Of a stretch of DNA of 64,000 nucleotides, positions 9,697 to 19,169 are shown one piece after another (position 1 is the stretch's first letter; each line of letters begins with the position of its first letter). Source of the stretch: a virus; the IMG/VR virus record IMGVR_UViG_3300026488_000022, positions 16,615 through 80,614 of that record; one strand, given 5' to 3'. The translations under genes and the position numbers were made by a program. Under the pieces are notes generated by a model. The model made no database searches and had not been told where the DNA came from. It was given only the letters and a program-made list of their open reading frames with translations.

Positions 9697-11107
9697 CTAA
9701 CTTAAGTTTCTCGTTAATAGTTTTTTCTATTTCCGTATAAACCTCAAACAATAAATTCACATCTTCTTTTTCTTTTAAAAATTTTAAAATTTCATCTTTT
9801 GTTAGTGCTTTTTCACTATTAACAGATTTTTTATTTCCTTGGTCATCTCTATCTGCAAAATACTTTTTCATAAAAGCTAATAGTTTTGCAACCTCACTTC
9901 TACCTATAATAAAATCATAAACATTTCCATCATCTTTAACATATCTTCTAATTCTATAACCTAAAGGTGGGTTAGGATAAGCTGTTAAAACACTGTTTTC
10001 AGTTACATTAACAATCAACTCACCTTGTTCTCCTCCTTGTAACTGACTTCCCTCCTCTGCACCTTGTGCATCACTAATAATTTGATTTACTTTATCTTTT
10101 CCTAAATTTGTAGTTCCTCCACGTTTAGCTTTTGTTTGCATATTTTCAACCTCCTTAATTTCAGAATAAACTTTTTCTACTTGTGACTCAAATTCTTTTA
10201 CCATATCTTGTAATTCTTGTGGTATTTCTCCTATCAGTTCCTGTTTTAACATTTCTTTATAATGTTTTAAAAGATGCCTTGCGGCATCTCTTTTTTCAAC
10301 AGCACTAATATTAGGATTGTTTCTTGCACCTCTTAGTGCTTGATAAGCCGCAATCACACCATTTTTATTAACTATTAAATCTTCACCTTGTAATTCGTGA
10401 TGAGGAAACTTCCAAGTACTTCTAAGTTCTGGGTCTCCTACAACTAAATACGCTTCTTTAATATAGTTTAATTTACCCATTTCAGCTAATTTTTGTCCTA
10501 AAGCAGTCTTATCTACTTCTGACCAAGGTTTAGTACTAATTACGTTATTTTTTATTGCTTTTTCTTTCATTTTTTTATTTCCTTTCTTATTGTAATTTTG
10601 TCTTGTTGAAAGCAAACAAACTCCACTTTCACAAGGACTGCTTTCTAAAACATTAAACAAGCTATCTTGATTATCTGGTATTGAAACGATACTAACTTCA
10701 TAAAGCTCAATTTTAGTCCAATACCAGATACCATTCACCTCTTTGTATTCAAGCCCTCTAAATCCAATTGAAAAAGCCTTTAAAATACCCTCTTTTACAG
10801 CTAAATAAACTTTTGGGTTTAAATCTTTATAAACAACAGCCTCAATTTCAAGCCCTTGAGCATTTAAATTAATATTAGTAACTTTACCAACAACATCACT
10901 TGGATTATGCTGATAAAGCAAAATAGGATTTTTCATATAGTTTTTTAAATCGTAACTTTCAGGCAAAACACTTTCGTCACTTCTATCAATAACCAAATTA
11001 CCGTTATCGTCGATATAACGATTAGCATATCCTTTTATTGTTATTTTTTCATCAGTAACTTCTGTTGAAAATTCTTTTATAATCAAATTTAAGTTTTTAT
11101 CCATCAA
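9689..11107 (-). CDS. HK97-family prohead protease with C-terminal extension domains
   Basis: IKGYA..IDRSDE, NPILLYQH, AFSIGF and ELYEVSIVSIPDN motifs, followed by a WKFPHH..GVIAAYQALRGAR domain. Confidence 0.9.
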   Translation of the reverse strand: MMDKNLNLIIKEFSTEVTDEKITIKGYANRYIDDNGNLVIDRSDESVLPESYDLKNYMKNPILLYQHNPSDVVGKVTNINLNAQGLEIEAVVYKDLNPKVYLAVKEGILKAFSIGFRGLEYKEVNGIWYWTKIELYEVSIVSIPDNQDSLFNVLESSPCESGVCLLSTRQNYNKKGNKKMKEKAIKNNVISTKPWSEVDKTALGQKLAEMGKLNYIKEAYLVVGDPELRSTWKFPHHELQGEDLIVNKNGVIAAYQALRGARNNPNISAVEKRDAARHLLKHYKEMLKQELIGEIPQELQDMVKEFESQVEKVYSEIKEVENMQTKAKRGGTTNLGKDKVNQIISDAQGAEEGSQLQGGEQGELIVNVTENSVLTAYPNPPLGYRIRRYVKDDGNVYDFIIGRSEVAKLLAFMKKYFADRDDQGNKKSVNSEKALTKDEILKFLKEKEDVNLLFEVYTEIEKTINEKLKLDE

Positions 11108-11128
11108 AACTCCTTAAAACTTTTATAT

Positions 11129-11136
11129 TATATCGT
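11129..11136 (-). promoter_or_regulatory. Putative late promoter variant (ACGATATA)
   Basis: About 22-25 bp upstream of the protease start. Confidence 0.5.
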
Positions 11137-11147
11137 CTTAAAAAATT

Positions 11148-11288
11148 CTATTATAATATATAAATAACTTTAAGGGTTTGGACACTTTGGACAGTAACAA
11201 AAAGCCCTAAAATTCGGACTTTTAACAACTTGCAAACATTTATAATTAGTAAAAAATATCATTTCGGCGGTCAAGAGGTTTTTATAAA
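11148..11288 (+). repeat. Dispersed cassette repeat, copy C (core only, no promoter or cargo)
   Basis: ctattataat...aagggtttggacactttggacagt...cggcggtcaaga. Confidence 0.95.
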
Positions 11289-11307
11289 AAGAGAGAAAAG
11301 AAAAGAT

Positions 11308-11805
11308 TTATACTCCAACAAAAGCGTGGTTAATAAACACAATCAATTGGTCTTGGTCAGTAACATCAAAAGCCTCATCAAATAAAAAATGGTTTAAAGC
11401 TTCAGTAGGATTATCTGGGTCATCTACTAAAGCACCTTCTATAACTCCATTTGCGACTACTTCACCTACGTCATATGTTATTTTATATGTTATAACATTT
11501 TCCCCTCCATTAGTATTTCCTTCATCTGTATAGTTTCTTTGGGGGAAACCACTATCGACAATTCTTGAACTTGGGTCTATATAAGCATTAACATCAGTAT
11601 CGTCTTTTGTAGGGTTTGAACTATCCGTTCCTAACCTTAAATATAAAGTATCTAATGAACTTGTTTCACCTATAATTTTTTTAGCATAATGAATATCCCC
11701 AGCATTTGTTACTATATTATGCCCTTTAATTATTTTTTCTTTTCCTGTTTTTTTATTAATTATTTTTACTAAAATATTATCTTTTACAATTCCTTTTACT
11801 AACAC
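11308..11805 (-). CDS. Virion structural protein (tail-associated)
   Basis: HNIVTNAG..LRLGTDSSNP pattern typical of tail collar/baseplate-like small proteins, in tail-gene context. Confidence 0.55.
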   Translation of the reverse strand: MLVKGIVKDNILVKIINKKTGKEKIIKGHNIVTNAGDIHYAKKIIGETSSLDTLYLRLGTDSSNPTKDDTDVNAYIDPSSRIVDSGFPQRNYTDEGNTNGGENVITYKITYDVGEVVANGVIEGALVDDPDNPTEALNHFLFDEAFDVTDQDQLIVFINHAFVGV

Positions 11806-11831
11806 TTTAAAACTCCTTTAATCTTTACATT

Positions 11832-11839
11832 TATATCAG
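11832..11839 (-). promoter_or_regulatory. Putative late promoter (CTGATATA)
   Basis: 27 bp upstream of the start at 11805. Confidence 0.65.
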
Positions 11840-12519
11840 AAACTGCTTTCTTTGTTGTTTTTTTGTAATTCTTTCATTTCCTCTTGTTGTATCTTATCAT
11901 AAAGTTTTAAACTTGCTAAATAAAAAAATTTAGTCTGGTCGTATAAACCGCCCTCATCTGGTAGAAAACCTTTTTCAAAAGCGTTATAACATTCAATAGC
12001 TTCTGCAATTAACTTTTTATCTACATCATAAATAGGACAATATGTATAGACTTTATCTCCAACATAAACTTTAAAATCTTTTTTCTTGTTTTTTTCTCCT
12101 CTAAAACCACAATTTCTAACTCTATCAAGTCTTTTTGCTTTACAAACTTCACATTTCCAAGTTTCAGCTTTAAATTTACTATCAAAATAAATATCAATAC
12201 TATCATAAAGTTTATTTAGCACCTCTAAAGTAACATCGCTCACTTCAAAAATAAACTTACCTACTTCTTTAATAGTATCTGAAGATAAAAAAGAGAAAGG
12301 CAATTCAACTCCCTTTTTATCTTCTATTTTTACAACTGAAAATTTAAGAGCGTAATAATATAATTTTAAAACCTCACCGTTTAACATATAAGGCTCAAGT
12401 GAGTTAATTTCCCTATAAGATAACGTTCTTAGCATTAATTCTAAATTAGGTTGAGAATTTGGAGTAATAAAGTGAATTACCTTATGACTTTTAACATTAT
12501 TTATCATCCTCTTCTTCAC
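11836..12519 (-). CDS. Probable tail assembly chaperone (second)
   Basis: Second gene after the tail tube. CxxC..C..CP and GFLPDEGGLYDQ motifs. Confidence 0.55.
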   Translation of the reverse strand: MKKRMINNVKSHKVIHFITPNSQPNLELMLRTLSYREINSLEPYMLNGEVLKLYYYALKFSVVKIEDKKGVELPFSFLSSDTIKEVGKFIFEVSDVTLEVLNKLYDSIDIYFDSKFKAETWKCEVCKAKRLDRVRNCGFRGEKNKKKDFKVYVGDKVYTYCPIYDVDKKLIAEAIECYNAFEKGFLPDEGGLYDQTKFFYLASLKLYDKIQQEEMKELQKNNKESSF

Positions 12520-12907
12520 CTAAGTAAAGTTTTGCATTTTCTGGGTCTTTAGAAATTCCTACAATTACATTTGCAATTTCAGTTATAAATGAAATAGGAA
12601 GATAATTTAAAGTTTCATCAGAAATACCGATAGTATCCCTATTAATAGGAATTTCTCTATTTCTCTCATCAAGTAAATTCCTCCAATCTACTATTCCTCT
12701 TTTGCAAACTTCCCAATTATAAGAACCGGTAGAAACACTAATACTTTCATCTTTATTTAACCTAACCATTTTATCTTCAATCTCAATGAGTTCTTTTGGA
12801 GTTAAAGGTCTAATTTCAACTGTAAAAGGGTCTTTTTCTCCTCTTTCTAAGATAGGAACATATCTATAAGTTATATCCTTTTTAGCTCTATCAATTCTAA
12901 TTGCCAT
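12497..12907 (-). CDS. Tail assembly chaperone
   Basis: Directly after the tail tube, with EIRPLT..GIVDWRNLLD pattern. Confidence 0.65.
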   Translation of the reverse strand: MAIRIDRAKKDITYRYVPILERGEKDPFTVEIRPLTPKELIEIEDKMVRLNKDESISVSTGSYNWEVCKRGIVDWRNLLDERNREIPINRDTIGISDETLNYLPISFITEIANVIVGISKDPENAKLYLGEEEDDK

Positions 12908-12942
12908 TTATTATCCTTTATTAATTAAATTTAGTTAATAAA

Positions 12943-12966
12943 GCACACAAAAATTATTTGTGTGCT
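12943..12966 (-). terminator. Hairpin after the tail tube gene
   Basis: gcacacaaa...tttgtgtgc followed by a T-rich run on the minus strand. Confidence 0.5.
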
Positions 12967-14279
12967 AAATAGAATGCCTCACCTAAAACTGGATGTTCAT
13001 ATGCCTCAAACTCAAGTTTATTTGCAAGAACACCATCATCATCTTCTACACTTACACTTGTGTATTTGATATATGGTAACCAAATTGCAAATTTATGTTT
13101 TTGTGTTTCATCGTCAGTTTCAGTTTTCATTTCAAGGAAAAACTCTGCTGTTTGATTATTTTTGAATTTGTTAAGCTCATCCCAATTTTCAAAAGTAACA
13201 GTCATACTACCTTTAACTGTTTTTTTAGTGATAATTTTCCTCATAATACCAGAACTTGTAATAGCCTCTCTATCAGAAACTTGATTTTCGATTGTTATTT
13301 CAACATCTTTACCTTCATAAGTTTTACCATCAACTGTAAGAACTGCATTTTTACCAACATATGGTATTGTTGTTAAATATTGATTTGAAAGCAAAGGTTC
13401 ATTTTCTGCTGTTTCAAAAGAACTTGCTCCTAAATCAATTGACAATGTTGCAATATCTGCAACAGGAAAACTAAATTTAACTGAATTTGGAACTGCACCT
13501 TTTAGTGTTAAACTTCTACTATCAGTCTCATCACACCCATACATCAATTTAACAGCTAAAGATTGTTCCTGACCACAAGGCTTAGCGAGTTTATATAAAA
13601 CAGCATCCCCTGTTTCGCCTTCTTGAACTTCGTAGATTTGATAAGCAACATTACTAACAACATCAATTGTGAATTTATCTCCTACTGCAAAGTCAGTAGA
13701 GCCACTAACAATTTTAAATTTAATAATACCGTTGTCATAATCAACACCTGTTGTTGCCTCAGCTTGTGTGCCACTTTCAGTTCCTTCAACACTCCAAACC
13801 TCAGCACCTGCTGTATCTGCATTTATACACTCAATAGTCCAAGTTTCAGTTTTAATAGTGTCTTCATAATACCCAAAATTAGTTAAGTTACCGTCCCCTG
13901 TGTTTCCACTATCAGCTGTGATAGTACTTTCAACTTGAGGGGCTTTGTTTGCTCTAATTACAGCCCCTGTACCAGACCCTGCCTCTTCTCTAATACCTAA
14001 TGCTACTTCTAAAACTACATTACCTGCTAAATCATTACTTCCATCTCCTAATGGAATTAGCTCAAATGCTAATGTCCCACTACCAAATTCTTTACCCGGT
14101 AATGCAGGAGCAGTAATATAAGAGTTTCTTACAACTTTTCTTTCAATAACGTCAATTTCTGGTTTTAATGCACTATCAGATGTAACTTCAACAACATCAC
14201 TGTCTGTAAATGTACCACCTTTATTAAATTCTGCTTCTTTAATAACCGCATAAAGAGTAGATAAAGTTTTATATGCCAT
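12954..14279 (-). CDS. Major tail tube protein with inserted beta-domain
   Basis: 441 aa acidic protein with siphovirus tube-like N- and C-terminal parts (EITIENQV..KKTVKGSMTVTFE) and an internal insert. Confidence 0.8.
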   Translation of the reverse strand: MAYKTLSTLYAVIKEAEFNKGGTFTDSDVVEVTSDSALKPEIDVIERKVVRNSYITAPALPGKEFGSGTLAFELIPLGDGSNDLAGNVVLEVALGIREEAGSGTGAVIRANKAPQVESTITADSGNTGDGNLTNFGYYEDTIKTETWTIECINADTAGAEVWSVEGTESGTQAEATTGVDYDNGIIKFKIVSGSTDFAVGDKFTIDVVSNVAYQIYEVQEGETGDAVLYKLAKPCGQEQSLAVKLMYGCDETDSRSLTLKGAVPNSVKFSFPVADIATLSIDLGASSFETAENEPLLSNQYLTTIPYVGKNAVLTVDGKTYEGKDVEITIENQVSDREAITSSGIMRKIITKKTVKGSMTVTFENWDELNKFKNNQTAEFFLEMKTETDDETQKHKFAIWLPYIKYTSVSVEDDDGVLANKLEFEAYEHPVLGEAFYLAHK

Positions 14280-14310
14280 TTTACCTTCCTTTTATTTATT
14301 CTACAAAAAT

Positions 14311-14318
14311 TATATCGG
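14311..14318 (-). promoter_or_regulatory. Putative late promoter (CCGATATA)
   Basis: 32 bp upstream of the tail tube ATG. Confidence 0.7.
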
Positions 14319-14325
14319 ATAGGTA

Positions 14326-15303
14326 TTATTCACCTTCGATAATACCTTCACCTGCTAATTTTATCGGACTTTTCACCACAGGATTTAACACCCTGTATTT
14401 TACATTCAATTTATCAAAACCTTCTTCTGTTATTATTTTAGTTTCTATTATTTCAATTTCTGGTAATTCTATACCATAAGAAAATTGAACATTTTTATTA
14501 TTAATTTCAAAAAATGACACTTCTTTACTTAGATAATCAATTTCAGCTAAATTTAAAGTTCTGTTAAAAAATCTTGTCTGGTCAAATAAAGCCTTAGTAT
14601 AAGATTTATTACTCATAGGAGGCAAGAAAGCATAATTTCTTTTTGCACATAAAATATAAGATACTTTTACTCCGTTTTCAAATTCAATTGTTAGTTTATT
14701 TTGATAAAGCTCTTTTAAACCTACAAAATATAAAAATTCAATATTAAATACTTTTTCGGTATTAGGATTTATTACATCTCCTATATTAATACCTTTAATT
14801 TGAATACCATAAACATTTAACAAATTAATACTTTTAACTTTTAAATCTTCCTTATAACCATTAACAAACTTAACTTCAACAACTTTACTAATATCATCAG
14901 TTAAATCCACTTCAACCCAAAAATTGCCTTTAAAAACACCTTTACTCCAGATTAAATTTTCTTTTAAAGTATCCTTAATAAGATAAAAATTGTCTTTTAT
15001 TTCTGTCTGAATAATTTTGTTTTCTAATTTATAACCATAAACTGTTAATTTTTTAAGTTTTTGTTGAGGTTTAACAAAATAAGTAGAATATAAAACACTA
15101 TAATAATTACAATTTTTTAAATTAATTTTATAATTGCAACTTTTAACAGAAGTTACATTTCCTTCTAAGGCTTTTAATAACTTATAAGAAACACTTTCAT
15201 TAATACTTTCGTTTTCTAAATTATAAACTCTTAATTTTGCATTAACAAAATTTTTATCACCTATATTTGTGTTTTCATTTATATACTTATTTATAGTAGC
15301 CAT
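14326..15303 (-). CDS. Hypothetical tail-region protein
   Basis: 325 aa ORF coupled to the upstream gene. Confidence 0.6.
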   Translation of the reverse strand: MATINKYINENTNIGDKNFVNAKLRVYNLENESINESVSYKLLKALEGNVTSVKSCNYKINLKNCNYYSVLYSTYFVKPQQKLKKLTVYGYKLENKIIQTEIKDNFYLIKDTLKENLIWSKGVFKGNFWVEVDLTDDISKVVEVKFVNGYKEDLKVKSINLLNVYGIQIKGINIGDVINPNTEKVFNIEFLYFVGLKELYQNKLTIEFENGVKVSYILCAKRNYAFLPPMSNKSYTKALFDQTRFFNRTLNLAEIDYLSKEVSFFEINNKNVQFSYGIELPEIEIIETKIITEEGFDKLNVKYRVLNPVVKSPIKLAGEGIIEGE

Positions 15304-17024
15304 TACAATTTCCTTGCTAAATTACCTATTTTAAATATCTTATCAGTTAAATCAATATCAGGTAGATATCCCCACAAAACTTTTTCACTATTAACATAAA
15401 CTTCTACATATTTTTCTTCTTTATAAAAGATAAGTGTATAAAAAAGCCACTCTTGTAAATTATATTTTTTATCACTTATAGTTTGCCCATCTAAATAAAT
15501 ATAATTTCCATTTTTAACAATATAAACATAGATTTTTCCGTTTGGGTGCATTCCTAAGCCAAGTCCGTTTTGCTCTTCATAATTACTTAAAATTAAACGT
15601 TCATAACCATTCAAATAAAACCAGCCACTAACGGAAAAATCGCTATTAGGAATAGGAACATTTGTTTTTACCCCCGAATAACCTTCTAAAACCACTGCTT
15701 TATGTAGATAACCTTTTTCATAATAACCGGGATATTCCTCATTAATCCATTCCCCTAAATAAACTTCTTCTTCATCGTTTAAATTTTCTTCAAACCTAAA
15801 CAATCCTACACAACTACCATCACCAAAAATATCTTTTATTTTTTCAGTTCCTTCTTGTTTATAATGCCCTACTAAAACTTCTGAACTTATACTATAATAT
15901 AAAGAGGCTTTAAAATCATTACTTAAAGCTTCTTTAATTAAATCAAAACATTTAATATCAGTTACAAATTCACCGTATCCGATTTTATCAACTACTTCAA
16001 AATCTTTTATTCCGTTTTTACTATTTATAGTATTAATCTCTTTTAATTTATTTTCTAAAACAAATTGAAACCTCTCAACATTATAATTTTCACCAGAAAT
16101 ATTAAAACAACCATATTGTTGATAAATTTCAGTCAAAAATACCTCTCTAAAAGGCTCTCTTAAAAATTCATTCTTATGAAATATATATTCAGGAGATTTT
16201 AATTCAAATATGAGTTCAGGAGTATTATTAACATCAAACAACATAGTAAATTTAGAAACAACAGCTTTTTTTAATTCAATCGCACAAGTGTCGTCTCCAC
16301 AATAATATCCCATTAATAAATCAACCTTCGGTAACTCACTACATTTCATTGAAGGTTTATATAAAAAAGCACTTCCTAATTCTCCTGCTTGTACTTCATA
16401 AATCTGACAAGCTACATTTGAAGTTATATTTATTGTAAAATAATCACCAACATTGTATTCAAATTCGTCTGAAATTAAAACTTTAATAATTTCATTAAAA
16501 TAATCTTTTCCTGTTATGGCATTGTGTTTCCAACCACTTTCACTACCATAAACAGACCACTTTTTATCTCCTAAATATTCAAATGTCCAAACTTCAGTTT
16601 TTACATTAAAAGCAACATAATCTAATAATTGAACTTTTTTATTAATGCTTTCTATTGTATCACTCTCTATTTCATATTCAATTCTCGGATATTTATTAGC
16701 ATTTAAAATCCCTCCACTACTAATACCGGGTATCTGCCTTTCTCCAAAGACACTATAAAAAAGCTCATTATTCACATTATCAAAAACTTTATTATAAACA
16801 AAAGGTAAAAGAGATGTTTTAACGATAGCTGACCCGTTGCTTTTTCCTAAAACTTTCTTTTTATCAAAAAAATAAGTTTTACTTTTATTTCTGTCAATTT
16901 TAGTAAAATCAATATTTACTAAACTTCCGCTTTTAAATTCAATCAAGTCATTAGCAACAAAAAAATCATTACGTTCATTATCACTTCTTTTAACTGCTAT
17001 TATTTTAACTGACTCTTTTTTCAA
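15303..17024 (-). CDS. Diverged tail-tube paralog fused to a LamG-like domain
   Basis: Shares KTEVWT..WSVYGSESG..GDYFTI..SNVACQIYEVQAGELGSAFLYK with the tube protein. The C-terminal DIFGDGSCVGLFRF..FSVSGWF resembles 29582-30556. Confidence 0.7.
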   Translation of the reverse strand: MKKESVKIIAVKRSDNERNDFFVANDLIEFKSGSLVNIDFTKIDRNKSKTYFFDKKKVLGKSNGSAIVKTSLLPFVYNKVFDNVNNELFYSVFGERQIPGISSGGILNANKYPRIEYEIESDTIESINKKVQLLDYVAFNVKTEVWTFEYLGDKKWSVYGSESGWKHNAITGKDYFNEIIKVLISDEFEYNVGDYFTINITSNVACQIYEVQAGELGSAFLYKPSMKCSELPKVDLLMGYYCGDDTCAIELKKAVVSKFTMLFDVNNTPELIFELKSPEYIFHKNEFLREPFREVFLTEIYQQYGCFNISGENYNVERFQFVLENKLKEINTINSKNGIKDFEVVDKIGYGEFVTDIKCFDLIKEALSNDFKASLYYSISSEVLVGHYKQEGTEKIKDIFGDGSCVGLFRFEENLNDEEEVYLGEWINEEYPGYYEKGYLHKAVVLEGYSGVKTNVPIPNSDFSVSGWFYLNGYERLILSNYEEQNGLGLGMHPNGKIYVYIVKNGNYIYLDGQTISDKKYNLQEWLFYTLIFYKEEKYVEVYVNSEKVLWGYLPDIDLTDKIFKIGNLARKL

Positions 17025-17025
17025 A

Positions 17026-17433
17026 TCAAATCCTTTTAATATACCTAACTTCTATATCTATCTTTGCAATAGCATAAGGATGAACTATCCCACCTTCTCT
17101 TTTCATACTACTCACTGTCATATCAACAACACCCATAGGTTGCCATCTAATATCCTCTACAACCTCATAAACAACATCAATTAAATCACTTAATATATCC
17201 TCATATTTATTTCTATGTTGTTTATTAAACACATAAACACTAATGTTACCAATATAATAAGCTTTTCTATTTGTTAAATTGTCTCTTTCTTTTTCCTCAC
17301 TTTCATAAATCACACTAACAGCCGGAAATCTGTCTATTTGAGACCATAAAGGAACTATATTTTTATAAAACTTAACAAACAAATTCTTATCTTTTAAGCC
17401 TTGGACTATTTTCTCTACAATTTCTTTTCTCAT
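17026..17433 (-). CDS. Tail terminator / tail completion protein
   Basis: 135 aa, FPAVSV motif, position between neck and tube genes. Confidence 0.65.
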   Translation of the reverse strand: MRKEIVEKIVQGLKDKNLFVKFYKNIVPLWSQIDRFPAVSVIYESEEKERDNLTNRKAYYIGNISVYVFNKQHRNKYEDILSDLIDVVYEVVEDIRWQPMGVVDMTVSSMKREGGIVHPYAIAKIDIEVRYIKRI

Positions 17434-17512
17434 AATGAAAACCCTTTTAAAAATTCAATACATAACATCAATAAAATTACAAAATAAAATAAATTAGTAC
17501 TTTTTTTAATTA

Positions 17513-17998
17513 TCATATCAGCTCCTTAGACTCTTTTAAAATCAATTCAAATAAATCTCCTACTGAAGTGATATTACCTCTACCTTTATCAAACAAAACA
17601 TCATACATCCAATCTTTCCAATAAGGCACTTTTCCATCTTTTCTTTGGGGTTTTGCCATATCAGTAAATTTAGCATAAGGCACTCCTATTTCTGCCCAAC
17701 TATGAATTATAAAACTTTCTCCTTTTTTATAACTCTCAACCTTTGTTTTAATACTATTAACTTGATTTCCACTAATTTTATAAGTAAATCTTCTTTTTAA
17801 CGGTCTTCTTTTATGGAGGTATTCAACAGGAATAGGAGTACCTAATGCTCTTTTAAGTGCTTTTTTCCAAGCTTTTAAATCTAAATCAAGATTTTTTGCT
17901 AAAAGTTCTAATTTATGAAAAGATAAATCGGGTAATTCTTTTTTAAGCCCTACCCAAGCCTCCCCGACTGATTTTTTTATCCTCACATTAGCTATCAT
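17513..17998 (-). CDS. Neck / tail completion protein
   Basis: Basic 161 aa protein with SGN..NSI and VPYA patterns, synteny. Confidence 0.5.
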   Translation of the reverse strand: MIANVRIKKSVGEAWVGLKKELPDLSFHKLELLAKNLDLDLKAWKKALKRALGTPIPVEYLHKRRPLKRRFTYKISGNQVNSIKTKVESYKKGESFIIHSWAEIGVPYAKFTDMAKPQRKDGKVPYWKDWMYDVLFDKGRGNITSVGDLFELILKESKELI

Positions 17999-18552
17999 AA
18001 TCTAAATACCCTAAAAGAATTTAACATTTTATCTACAACAGCAGGAACTTCATCATTAACTTTCATACTTTCTCTAATGCCTGTGGATAAAGAAGCTATG
18101 TTATCTGTATCTTTTGTTACGTCATTATAAAGTTTTTTTCCTAATAACAATAAACCTGATACCAACCCCTCAGGTATTAAATCAATATCATTATAACCTA
18201 CCTTATATTCAATTCGCATAATCTGATAGTTCTCTATTGAAAATAAAACAGGCAGATAAATTCTATTTAATTCTCCTATTTCAAAACTTAATAACACATC
18301 ATTTTCAAGCTCCTCGCCATCAATCGTTATTTTTATAATTTCACTTATTAGACCTTTTTTTGTATAAATAGAGTTACCATAAATTTTATTAATGCGCTCA
18401 ACTAAATCTCTTTCAAAAATTCCCACATTATAATAGTCATAAATATAACTCTCACTTATAATTAATATTTCTTTTAACAATTCATCTATTTCATCATCTT
18501 GAATATCTAAAACTTTTTTAAACTCTATTAACAAATCATCTATAAGAGCCAT
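17995..18552 (-). CDS. Head-tail connector (adaptor) protein
   Basis: FKKVLDIQDDEIDELL...IEYKVGY..IPEGL...VDKMLNSFR pattern. Confidence 0.75.
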   Translation of the reverse strand: MALIDDLLIEFKKVLDIQDDEIDELLKEILIISESYIYDYYNVGIFERDLVERINKIYGNSIYTKKGLISEIIKITIDGEELENDVLLSFEIGELNRIYLPVLFSIENYQIMRIEYKVGYNDIDLIPEGLVSGLLLLGKKLYNDVTKDTDNIASLSTGIRESMKVNDEVPAVVDKMLNSFRVFRL

Positions 18553-18592
18553 AACTTATCCTTTTATAAAACTTACAATTTTAGACCAAAAA

Positions 18593-18871
18593 TCAACTAT
18601 TTTCTTTTTTAGACTTTGCTTTTCTTTTCCTCGTTTGACTTTTGGTATGTAATTCGCTTGTGGTTTCCCTCTCTTTACGAAGTAACTCCTTTTTAGAATT
18701 TTTAGTCGTATCTTTAATCTTTTCTATTAAAACAAATTCTTTTGGAAAAGTAGAAAGCAGATATTTACCAAGCTCTTCATCTACAACATACAAACCATCA
18801 TATCTATTAGGACTAAATAAAATCCCTCTAACCATAATACCTTTACCGATAACTTTAATTTTATATTTCAT
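18593..18871 (-). CDS. Small basic hypothetical protein
   Basis: 92 aa with RBS and late promoter, of a type usually found just after capsid genes. Confidence 0.6.
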   Translation of the reverse strand: MKYKIKVIGKGIMVRGILFSPNRYDGLYVVDEELGKYLLSTFPKEFVLIEKIKDTTKNSKKELLRKERETTSELHTKSQTRKRKAKSKKENS

Positions 18872-18902
18872 TATAAATCCTTTTAATAAATGTATTTACT
18901 TA

Positions 18903-18910
18903 TATATCAG
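18903..18910 (-). promoter_or_regulatory. Putative late promoter (CTGATATA)
   Basis: 32 bp upstream of the ATG at 18871. Confidence 0.7.
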
Positions 18911-19169
18911 TATAAAATAAAAGTAAAATTTAATTTAAGAATTCTATTATAATATAATAATAACTTTAAGGGTTTGGACACTTTTGGACAGTAGCAGAAA
19001 GCCCTAAAATTCGGACTTTTAACAACTTGCAAACATTTATAATCAGTAAAAAATGTCATTTCGGCGGTCAAGAGTTTTTTATAATTTTTGTAAAAAACTC
19101 TTGACATAAAGTTAAAAGTGTTTTATAATTCTAAGCATAAAACAAAAAACAAAAGGAGAATTGAAAATG
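18903..19169 (+). repeat. Dispersed cassette repeat, copy D (full)
   Basis: Near-identical to copies B and F. TTGACA 19101-19106 / TATAAT 19124-19129. Confidence 0.95.

Noticed and set aside
12480-12530. Programmed frameshift between the tail chaperone genes
   Set aside because: No clear XXXYYYZ slippery site, and the second gene has its own plausible start.
17514-17521. CATATCAG as a late promoter
   Set aside because: One mismatch, and ~80 bp from the next start, outside the 22-36 bp spacing of the others.
18907-19107. Near-identical 66 aa ORFs (also 26690-26890; related 32231-32413)
   Set aside because: They are translations of the non-coding cassette repeat. They lack an RBS, and other copies have frame-breaking indels.
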